Origin: Rhodospirillaceae bacterium
GTDB lineage: Bacteria > Pseudomonadota > Alphaproteobacteria > Rhodospirillales > Rhodospirillaceae
Direction: 5' to 3'
Assembly: GCA_002737725.1 (NCBI GenBank)
Contig: NSIP01000001.1
Coordinates: 272,921 to 336,920, forward strand
DNA length: 64,000 nt
Below the pieces are notes generated by a model. It searched no databases. It had not been told where the DNA came from and saw only the letters and a list, made by a program, of their open reading frames with translations. Below are positions 55,064 through 62,847 of this stretch, in pieces. Position 1 is the stretch's first letter. Each line of letters starts with the position of its first letter. A program made the position numbers and the translations under genes.

Positions 55064-55094
55064 ATTTTGGGGCCAAATTGCCCCGCGTCAAGGG
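55064..55094 (-). promoter_or_regulatory. Sigma-32 (RpoH)-type promoter candidate for hsp20
   Basis: In gene sense it reads CCCTTGAC-N14-CCCCAAAAT, against the recalled E. coli-type consensus CCCTTGAA-N13-17-CCCCATNT. Confidence 0.45.
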
Positions 55095-55109
55095 CCTCAT
55101 GCCATTGAT

Positions 55110-56813
55110 TTATGTTTTGAAAAACGGGGTCAGCACCTGGTGCCAATCGGCCATGCGCGGGGCTAAGTCAGCGGTGTGGCATTGGGGCGCGATGGCCGCA
55201 CATTCTCCGTTTTTGGCGTAAATCGGCTCCCAGGTTGGTGCGGCCAACAGGGTCGGCACCTTCACCTTGGGCAGGCGCTCACGCATGGGATAGGTCCACA
55301 TCGCCCCATAGGCCTTTTGGTACTGGTCGCCGATTTTTAGCATCTCCATGACGCGCAGGTGAATCATCGGCACATCAATGGCGTTCTCGTTCCACAAAAT
55401 GCCAGCCTTGGTGCGATTGAACCACGGCCAGAACAAACCCTGGTCGCGCATAATTGCCCAGGCCCTGATCAGGTGCGCGCCATCCCAAGTCGGTGCAATC
55501 GAGGGCGTGTAATGGTCGAGTAAGCTTTTCTGCTCCTCGCCTTCGTAAATACCCACACCCGCCAGCACCAAATGTTTGACGAGCGCAGGGTTTTGGAAAC
55601 TCATCTCCATGCCGATGGGTCCGCCCGAGTAGCGCCCGATCACATCAACCTCACGCACGCCGATGGATTTCAAGGCTTCGATCACAATCTCGGCGTAAGC
55701 GACCGAGGTGATGTTAGCGGGGTCAATGACGTTATCGGATTCTCCATTGCCCGGTAAATCCAATGCGATGATTGGTCGTTGCCCCACGTATGGCGTCAAT
55801 ATTGATTCGACGAGATGCGCCGAGCCCGCCGGATCATGCAACGCCAGAATGGGCCTGCCTTTGCCCGACAGGTTCCCGCGAATGCGTAACTGTCCGTCGC
55901 GGGCTGTGGCGTAAAAATTCTGAACGCGTTTTGATGCGGGCGTGTGGTCGTCGGGCGCAGGGCGCGGCGAGGGCAATGACAGTTGCGATAATTTTTGCTT
56001 CGCGGCCTCCACTTGCACTTTGAAGCGCGTCGATGGATCGCAGCGCAAAATCGTGAAGTTTGGCGGCAAGCCCTTGGCAATCAGCGTATCGGTGTGGCTG
56101 AGTAAAGCGCTGCCCGAATTTCGGGTCATCAGCACGGGCACGCTCACCTCGCGTGTATTCTCCCAACTCTCCAGCAGCATCGCCGCGTAATAAGCTTTTT
56201 GATAGCTAGGCCCTGCGCGCAAATAATCGTTCACGCTGTGCTGAATCGATTCCGGCGGTGCCGTGGCCACCGCCAATCGGCCTTCCTTGCTGGTCGATTG
56301 CCAGGGGAAGAACACCGACAGGTGCCTGCACATATCCCAGATGCGAATCAGGTGCGAGCCGTCACGCGTAGGGGTAATATCGTTGAAATAGCCCTTGGCG
56401 ATTTTCTCGCCCGCCTCGCCGCCAAAATCGCCGTTGGCATCAAGCATCAAGAAAGCGGTCCGCCCCGGATACTTGCGGGCAAATTGAATACCGATTTGCG
56501 CGCCCGTCGCCGCGCCATAGACGCACGTTTGTTGAATGCCCAACGCATCGAGAATTTGAATGAGTGCATCGGCGTAACCCCAGAGCTCGGTAGGGTCGTC
56601 AACGATGTCGTCCGACAACCCATAGCCTGGCGTATCAAGCGCGATACAGGTAAAAATGTCAGAGAACGCAGTGATCGACGCGGTCATGCTCGCTGATGAG
56701 CTGGGCGAAGGATGCATGATGACAAGCGGTGGCCCGGACCCTGCGCGCCGGTAATGCACCTGATGGCCATCGGCCAACGGCAGGAAGTGTTTGGTGATCA
56801 ACGGTGGTGTCAT
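55110..56813 (-). CDS. Didomain alpha/beta-hydrolase-fold protein (two tandem ABH-like domains), paralog 1
   Basis: Start is likely ATG 56813 (the track start is TTG 56840). Domain 1 has HPSPSSS, LDTPGYGLSD and VYGAATGAQ. Domain 2 (from about aa 300) has LHDPAGS, LDLPGNGESD and IGRYSGGPIG. Both carry a lid motif DG(S/A)HLIR.W...FxPW. Confidence 0.8.
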   Translation of the reverse strand: MTPPLITKHFLPLADGHQVHYRRAGSGPPLVIMHPSPSSSASMTASITAFSDIFTCIALDTPGYGLSDDIVDDPTELWGYADALIQILDALGIQQTCVYGAATGAQIGIQFARKYPGRTAFLMLDANGDFGGEAGEKIAKGYFNDITPTRDGSHLIRIWDMCRHLSVFFPWQSTSKEGRLAVATAPPESIQHSVNDYLRAGPSYQKAYYAAMLLESWENTREVSVPVLMTRNSGSALLSHTDTLIAKGLPPNFTILRCDPSTRFKVQVEAAKQKLSQLSLPSPRPAPDDHTPASKRVQNFYATARDGQLRIRGNLSGKGRPILALHDPAGSAHLVESILTPYVGQRPIIALDLPGNGESDNVIDPANITSVAYAEIVIEALKSIGVREVDVIGRYSGGPIGMEMSFQNPALVKHLVLAGVGIYEGEEQKSLLDHYTPSIAPTWDGAHLIRAWAIMRDQGLFWPWFNRTKAGILWNENAIDVPMIHLRVMEMLKIGDQYQKAYGAMWTYPMRERLPKVKVPTLLAAPTWEPIYAKNGECAAIAPQCHTADLAPRMADWHQVLTPFFKT

Positions 56814-56817
56814 CGTG

Positions 56818-58536
56818 TTAGCTCGCAAAGAAAGCTTCAAACGTTGCAGCCCACCGATGCATATCGTCGGGCAAGTCAGCGGTGGTGATGTGGGGTGCCG
56901 CCGCCTTAGCCATGGCTAGTCTTGTGTATGTGCCACTGCCGGGCACATCGGCAACCAAGCACGGCACACTTAATTGCTTCAGCTTTTCCGCCATGGGGTA
57001 GGTAAACGCCGCCGCATAGGCGTTTTGGTAGGCGTCGCCCATTTTCAGCAAATCCTCAACGCGCGGGTGTAGCGTTGGGCCATCGATAGCCGCATCGCGC
57101 GCCACGATGCCTGCTTTGGTGCGGTTGTACCACGGCCAGAACAATGCCATGTCCCGGACAATCGACCAGGCGCGGATCAGGTGCCCGCCATCCCACTGCG
57201 GGGCGATGGATGGCGTGTAGTTGGCCAAAAACTCAGATCGCTCGGCATCGGTGAGCATGATCACGCCCAATTGGGCTATGCGTTTCACCAGGCCCGGACG
57301 CTGGGTGCTCATCTCCATGGCAACTTGGCCGCCCGAATAACGCCCGATGATATCGACATCTTTAACATTCAACGTATCAAGCGCCGCAATGGCAAACCGT
57401 GCGTAGGCCTCGGTTGTGATGTCTTCGCGCTTCAGCAGCTTGTCTGATTCACCCGAAGATGGATTGTCGATGGCAATCACCGGGCGCTTGCCGATGAAAG
57501 GCGACAAAATTGATTCCAAGCGTTTTGATGACCCCGCCGGATCATGCAATCCCAAAATCGGTCGCCCCGACCCGGCCATACACACGCGCGCCAGCAACTG
57601 CCCGCCCGGAACATCAATCCACATTTTTTGCAGTCTTTTAGACGTGCGGTCGATTTGCGCCGGTTGTGGCGGCGCGGCTTTGCCTGTCGTTCTGTAATGC
57701 TTCACCAAATATTCGACACTGGCATCCAGCCGTTGATCCATCGTCGGGCCGGGCCGTAGCACAGTGAAGTTCGCAGGTAAGCCGTAGGCGATCAGTGCAT
57801 CAATCTCAGCAATGTTTGGTTTGCCTTCCCACCGCGTCAGGGTTGCAGGCACTTTGACGCGGCCGATGAGGTTGCCCTTGGCAGTGTAAAACGCCGCGCG
57901 ATACGCCTCGGCATAGTTTTGTCCAGCGCGCAGATACTCGATCAACTTATCATGAACTTTATCGGCGGGCGGTTGATCGAACGGCAAACGGTGAGCTTTG
58001 TCAGTGAATTGCCACGGCGCGAAGATTGATAAAAATCGCACCATGTCCCAGTAGGTCAGCAAATGGCTGCCATCGCGTCTTGGCGTGGTATCGGGGAAAT
58101 ATCCGTCGGTGAGTTTGTCGACCTCGTCGTCGGGGTTGTGGCCCGCCGTATCAAGCATCGCCACCGCAACCCGTTCGGGGTGGTTATACGCAAAGATGTG
58201 GCTGAACTCGGCGCCCGTGGCGTTGCCGTAAAACACAGCTTTTTCAATTCCCAGCGCATCAAGCAATTGCACATAAGGTGCTAGATAAGGGTCGAGGCCA
58301 TGCTCGCGGCTGAGCCCTTGCGGATAGCCCCCAACAAGTGGATCAGACAGCCCATAACCAGGCAGATCAACCGCGATTGCGGTGAAGCCAGCCGCAGCTA
58401 ATTTCAGCGCCATAGGAATATTAAACGTGCTCGATTGCGGCGAAGGATGCAGCAAAATCACGGCGGGGCCTTCACCAACACGACGGATGTGAACTTGCGC
58501 GCCGTTGATGGGTACGAAGTAGCGTTTGATGATCAT
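56818..58536 (-). CDS. Didomain alpha/beta-hydrolase-fold protein, paralog 2
   Basis: Same architecture: HPSPQSS, VDLPGYGLSD and FYGNATGAE in domain 1; LHDPAGS, IDNPSSGESD and IGRYSGGQVA in domain 2. Confidence 0.8.
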   Translation of the reverse strand: MIIKRYFVPINGAQVHIRRVGEGPAVILLHPSPQSSTFNIPMALKLAAAGFTAIAVDLPGYGLSDPLVGGYPQGLSREHGLDPYLAPYVQLLDALGIEKAVFYGNATGAEFSHIFAYNHPERVAVAMLDTAGHNPDDEVDKLTDGYFPDTTPRRDGSHLLTYWDMVRFLSIFAPWQFTDKAHRLPFDQPPADKVHDKLIEYLRAGQNYAEAYRAAFYTAKGNLIGRVKVPATLTRWEGKPNIAEIDALIAYGLPANFTVLRPGPTMDQRLDASVEYLVKHYRTTGKAAPPQPAQIDRTSKRLQKMWIDVPGGQLLARVCMAGSGRPILGLHDPAGSSKRLESILSPFIGKRPVIAIDNPSSGESDKLLKREDITTEAYARFAIAALDTLNVKDVDIIGRYSGGQVAMEMSTQRPGLVKRIAQLGVIMLTDAERSEFLANYTPSIAPQWDGGHLIRAWSIVRDMALFWPWYNRTKAGIVARDAAIDGPTLHPRVEDLLKMGDAYQNAYAAAFTYPMAEKLKQLSVPCLVADVPGSGTYTRLAMAKAAAPHITTADLPDDMHRWAATFEAFFAS

Positions 58537-58666
58537 GAACTTATGCGTTGTTTTATAGGTTTTTGCTTCATAACGCTAAGGGTCGGCTCCGTTGAAGGCA
58601 AGCCTCGACAGCGCACGTCTACGAAAAATTACTTCGCTGCCGCCACCTGCTTTAGTAGAGCTTTGG

Positions 58667-58714
58667 ATCCAGCTTCACGATGATTACCGCAGGCTACTTC
58701 TCGGGAAAATGCTT
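58667..58714 (-). repeat. Intergenic repeat, family 1 (3' half divergent)
   Basis: In gene sense it reads TAG|AAGCATTTTCCCGAGAAGTAGCCTGCGGTAATCATCGTGAAGCTGG, starting at the ABC ATPase stop. The first ~27 nt are nearly identical to the 54244 copy. Confidence 0.7.
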
Positions 58715-59467
58715 CTAATGCATATGTTCGAGGTAAATGCGCTCCACGTCGGCATGCGAGACTTCATCGGTCGACATTTCCTGCATCAGCAAACCTTCAC
58801 GCATAATTCCAATGCGCGTGCCTGTTTCTTTGGCGCGGAAAAGATCGTGCGTTGCCATCAAAATGGCGGCCCCGCCTTTTTGTAATTGTTTCAGTAGTTC
58901 GGAAAATTCGTTGCTAGCTTTGGGGTCAAGGCCTGAGGTTGGCTCGTCCAACAACAAAGCTTTGGCTTGCTTTGCCAGCGCAATGGCCACGCCGACCTTT
59001 TGGCGCATCCCTTTGGAATAGGCGGCCACGCGCTTATCAACGGCATCATCTTGCAAGCCGACATGCTTTAGAAAATTTTTCAGATCGGCAGCGGTGTATT
59101 CCTCGTGCCCGCCCAACTTGGCGAAGTACGACAAATTTTCGAGCCCCGTCAGGTTGCTGTACAGCATCACCGTTTCGGGAATATAGGCGAGAAACTTTTT
59201 GGTCGCGAGCGGGTGCTGGGTCACGTCCAGCCCATTGACTGTTGCAGTGCCTTCGCTGGGATCGATAAAGTTGAGGAATAAATTGATTGTCGTGCTTTTG
59301 CCCGCGCCATTCGCTCCAAGAAGGCAATAAATGTCGCCGGCGTTGATTTTTAAATCGAGACCCTTGAGCGCTTCGAACTCGCCGTATTTCTTTTTCAGCT
59401 TGATGGCTTCCAGCACAGCTTTACTCCTCACATGAACATGAACCGCGCGGAGTATCTGCGGGGACAT
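58715..59467 (-). CDS. ABC transporter ATP-binding protein (ABC-2/CcmA-like), no adjacent permease
   Basis: Walker A GANGAGKST, signature YSKGMRQKV, Walker B LLLDEPTSGLD. Confidence 0.88.
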   Translation of the reverse strand: MSPQILRAVHVHVRSKAVLEAIKLKKKYGEFEALKGLDLKINAGDIYCLLGANGAGKSTTINLFLNFIDPSEGTATVNGLDVTQHPLATKKFLAYIPETVMLYSNLTGLENLSYFAKLGGHEEYTAADLKNFLKHVGLQDDAVDKRVAAYSKGMRQKVGVAIALAKQAKALLLDEPTSGLDPKASNEFSELLKQLQKGGAAILMATHDLFRAKETGTRIGIMREGLLMQEMSTDEVSHADVERIYLEHMH

Positions 59468-59546
59468 CCCTGACGTCGAGACTGGAATCTTTTGGGGTGC
59501 GAGTCAATAAAATTGACTGGTCGGTCAGTATTGTTAGGATGGGGCC

Positions 59547-60281
59547 ATGCCCGCCAAAAAACCCACGCAAAAACCCAAGCCGTCGCCACCCAAAAAACCA
59601 GGCCCCGGTCGCCTCAAGCGTCAGGCCACCGAAGCAGCCATTGTTCTCGCCTTTGATCGTCTCGTGCGCCGCGAGGGTCTGCGTGCTGTTGGCGTGAACG
59701 CGCTGGTCAAGGAGGCAGGCGTCGGCAAGGGCTTGATCTACCAGTACTTCGGCGGCCTTGGTGGCGTAGTGAAAGTATGGGGCGAGAAGCACAAGCTGTG
59801 GCCCTCCACGTCCGAACTGATGGGCATTTCCGATGAAGCCTTCTCGAGCTTAAGTCCGCGTCAGCAAATTCGCACCGTGGTGCGCAACCATATGCAGGGG
59901 TTACGCGACAACCCATTGAGTAGCGAAGTGCTGGCCGATGAGCTGATGGCCCCGACCGAGATTACAGCGGCGCTTAAGGCCGCGCGCCAGCGCTTGGGCC
60001 AGGAGCACGAGGCTATCCACGCCTATAATCATGCGATGTGCGAATACGACAATCGATCTTTAGTCATGATTTTGCTGGCCGCCGCCAACTACTTCGCTAT
60101 GCGCGCTGCTCGCGCCCCGCGCTTCATGGGTGAAATGATCGACACTCCCACAGGCTGGGAGGCGCTACACAAGCGATTTGATCGCATTATTGATCTGGCG
60201 TTGGATGATGACGCCTCATCTGTCAAAGTCAGTGGCTCTGCCCCGGTGGTCCAGCCCGACATTTTACGCGCAGAGAATTAA
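59547..60281 (+). CDS. TetR/AcrR-family transcriptional regulator with Pro/Lys-rich N-terminal tail
   Basis: HTH region AAIVLAFDRLVRREGLRAVGVNALVKEAGVGKGLIYQYFGG. It is divergent from the ABC ATPase gene. Confidence 0.85.
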   Translation: MPAKKPTQKPKPSPPKKPGPGRLKRQATEAAIVLAFDRLVRREGLRAVGVNALVKEAGVGKGLIYQYFGGLGGVVKVWGEKHKLWPSTSELMGISDEAFSSLSPRQQIRTVVRNHMQGLRDNPLSSEVLADELMAPTEITAALKAARQRLGQEHEAIHAYNHAMCEYDNRSLVMILLAAANYFAMRAARAPRFMGEMIDTPTGWEALHKRFDRIIDLALDDDASSVKVSGSAPVVQPDILRAEN

Positions 60282-61465
60282 GCCGCCTTCGCTTTCTCGC
60301 GTTTTGGCAGTGCGATCATCAAGACCAAAGCCGGAACAATCAGTGCTGCCGCCACAATGAACGGTGCAATCGCGCCTACACTTGTGAACACGAGGCCAGA
60401 GAACGCAGGGCCGACAATGCGGCTGAGGGCTGTCGCACTTTGATATGCCCCCATGACCGCGCCGCGCTCGGTTTCGGCGGCCTCTTGTGACACGAGGCTT
60501 GAAATGCTGGGGTTAAATAACCCCGAGCCAATCGATAGCATTGCGCAGGCCATCAGTGTTGTTGCCAAATCAAATGCGAAAGACAGCCCCACAAAGCCAG
60601 CAAACATAAACACCAAACCAGCCAGGGCCAGAACATGCTCGCCATATTTTTTTGTCAGCTTGCCGATGGCGCCACCCTGAACGACGGCCCCAATGACGCC
60701 GATGAATGTCAGCAGTAAGCCAATATCACGCGGGCCATATTCAAGCTTTGCATCAGCCCACAGCGCGAAGATGGTTTCAAACTGCGCCCAAGCCGTTACG
60801 GCCAGAAATCCACCACTCATCAAAATGATCAATGATCTGCGACCAAGACCCATACGGATTTTGTCGACGAATTTGACTTTGGGCCGCAGCGCTAATTTTG
60901 CTCGTGTTTCAGGGCTTAAGCTTTCTTTGAGGAAAAACTGTGTGGCCAGTGCGGCCACAACTGTAATGCCTGCCGAGACCATCGACGGCCAAAAGAAGTC
61001 GGCTGTTGCAGCGTCGTTGCCGCCCAGAACGCCGCCAATGGCAGGCCCAAAAATGAAGCCTAAGCCAAAAGCAGCGCCCAGCAAGCCCATGCCTTTAGCC
61101 CGCGTTTCTGGCGTTGTAATATCGGACATGTACGCTTGTGCTGCGCCGATATTTGCAGCCATGACGCCGCCGACAACCCGGCTGACGATGAGCATCTCCA
61201 AGCTCTCGGAATAGGCGACAATGACGTAGGAAGCCGCCAATCCATAACTGGTCCAAACAAGCACGGGCTTTCGGCCCCAGCGATCGCTGATGTAGCCCCA
61301 AAAGGGAGCGGCCACGAGCTGGGCCAAGGAATAGAGTCCGAGCACGATGGTGATGACTTCTACGCCAACACCCGTGCGTTCCACAATAAAGGGCAGCAGC
61401 GGAATCAAGAGGCCAAAGCCAACAAGCGAGACGAATGTGATCAGAAATATAGGAATCATGTTCAA
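60278..61465 (-). CDS. MFS transporter (TCR/Tet-like, 12 TM)
   Basis: 395 aa with MFS motif A (GYISDRWGRKPVLV) and repeated six-TM halves. Confidence 0.88.
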   Translation of the reverse strand: MNMIPIFLITFVSLVGFGLLIPLLPFIVERTGVGVEVITIVLGLYSLAQLVAAPFWGYISDRWGRKPVLVWTSYGLAASYVIVAYSESLEMLIVSRVVGGVMAANIGAAQAYMSDITTPETRAKGMGLLGAAFGLGFIFGPAIGGVLGGNDAATADFFWPSMVSAGITVVAALATQFFLKESLSPETRAKLALRPKVKFVDKIRMGLGRRSLIILMSGGFLAVTAWAQFETIFALWADAKLEYGPRDIGLLLTFIGVIGAVVQGGAIGKLTKKYGEHVLALAGLVFMFAGFVGLSFAFDLATTLMACAMLSIGSGLFNPSISSLVSQEAAETERGAVMGAYQSATALSRIVGPAFSGLVFTSVGAIAPFIVAAALIVPALVLMIALPKREKAKAA

Positions 61466-61540
61466 ACCATTCTTAGCTTAAGAGGATAACCAGGATCGGC
61501 AGATCGTCTATGTGCTTGCCGAAGATGCTCGCTGCTGGAT

Positions 61541-62638
61541 ATGAATAAACTTGCGCTGCCGCGATGTCCGTTGCAACGCCTGTCTGGAGTCTTGACTATC
61601 GCCGCCTTGGAACACTCTGACTCGCCTCTGACCTTTCGTCACGAGGGTGAAGATCGTCCGCTCTATCCACCGCTCGATCCTTTCGAGACGGGCATGTTAG
61701 AGGTGGGCGCTGGTCACAGTTTGTATTGGGAGCAAAGCGGCAACCCCAAGGGTGTGCCGGTCGTCTTTTTGCATGGCGGCCCTGGTGCTGGTGTCGCCCC
61801 CGCGTACCGTCGATTTTTCGATCCCACCCACTATCGGATTATCTTGTTCGACCAGCGTGGCTCAGGCCGCTCTCAACCCGACGCTGAGGTTCAAGGCAAC
61901 ACCACCGATCATCTCATCGCTGACATCGAGCTTTTGCGCGAGCATTTGAAGATCGGGCACTGGGTGGTTTTCGGTGGCTCGTGGGGTTCGACACTGGCCA
62001 TTGCGTATGGTCAAGCACATCCCGCCCGATGCATCGGTTTTATTCTGCGGGGCATATTCTTATTCAGCGCTGACGAGGTGGATTGGTTTGTGCATGGCAT
62101 GGCCCGTATTTTCCCCGAGGCTTGCCGAGCCTATAGCCAGTTCATCCCGGCTGCCGAGCGCGGCGATTTGCTCGCGGCCTATTATCGTCGCCTGACCGAT
62201 CCAAGCCCTGCGGTTCACCGGCCCGCCGCAGATGCCTGGTGTGCTTACGAAAACGCGTGCTCGCGGCTTGTCCCGGCCCGTCAAGCAACACAAGAGTTAC
62301 CTGGGCGCCGTCGCCATCGGCAATCGGATGCGGGTTCAAATAATGCTCCATCGGGTTCATTGGCGATGGCCCGGATCGAATGCCACTACATGATCAACCA
62401 GGGGTTTCTCAAACCCGGGCAATTGCTCGCAGGTTTAGAGCCGCTCTTGAAGCATCCCGCCATCATCGTTCAGGGCCGCTATGATATGGTCTGCCCGATT
62501 ATCACGGCCGATCGCTTGGCCCAAGTTTGGTCGGGCGCGCAGTACCGCATCGTTGCCGATGCCGGGCATTCCTCGATGGAACCAGGCATCCGGGCCGCCT
62601 TGGTCAAGGCCGCCGACGAGTTCAAAATCTATATTTGA
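61541..62638 (+). CDS. pip: Proline iminopeptidase (S33 family)
   Basis: LHGGPGAG, nucleophile elbow GGSWGSTLA, ARIECHYMINQGF, QGRYDMVCP and AGHS. The N-terminus may be over-extended by about 35 aa. Confidence 0.85.
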   Translation: MNKLALPRCPLQRLSGVLTIAALEHSDSPLTFRHEGEDRPLYPPLDPFETGMLEVGAGHSLYWEQSGNPKGVPVVFLHGGPGAGVAPAYRRFFDPTHYRIILFDQRGSGRSQPDAEVQGNTTDHLIADIELLREHLKIGHWVVFGGSWGSTLAIAYGQAHPARCIGFILRGIFLFSADEVDWFVHGMARIFPEACRAYSQFIPAAERGDLLAAYYRRLTDPSPAVHRPAADAWCAYENACSRLVPARQATQELPGRRRHRQSDAGSNNAPSGSLAMARIECHYMINQGFLKPGQLLAGLEPLLKHPAIIVQGRYDMVCPIITADRLAQVWSGAQYRIVADAGHSSMEPGIRAALVKAADEFKIYI

Positions 62639-62794
62639 TGCCCAAGTTTCATCTGAAGCCTGTAAGAACTGAAAGGTCTTAAATCGACCAACCTGTCAGT
62701 TCCAACAGGTCTGCGCCGTCACACAATATGAAAGAAAAATCCGTGTCGACCATCACTACGGAAGACACAATACTGACAGTTCCAAACCGAACTT

Positions 62795-62823
62795 CACCCT
62801 GCCGCTATGGCGGGGTGTTTTTT
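62795..62823 (+). terminator. Rho-independent terminator
   Basis: CACCCTGCC-GCTAT-GGCGGGGTG (9-bp stem including one G-U pair) is followed by TTTTTT. Confidence 0.8.
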
Positions 62824-62847
62824 ATGCAAGGCTAAATGGGTGGAGCT

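Noticed and set aside
62270-62345. The Arg/Ser-rich insertion in pip (QELPGRRRHRQSDAGSNNAPSGS) as a pair of compensating frameshifts.
   Set aside because: Translating the two alternative frames across this stretch gives either a stop or sequence no more PIP-like than the annotated frame. It is treated as a lineage-specific loop insertion.
62728-62835. A 35-aa ORF (MKEKSVSTITTEDTILTVPNRTSPCRYGGVFFMQG) as a possible RiPP precursor next to the methyltransferase.
   Set aside because: It has no Shine-Dalgarno. The intrinsic terminator hairpin and U-tract lie inside its 3' end. The methyltransferase is convergent rather than co-transcribed. An RNA-level interpretation fits better.
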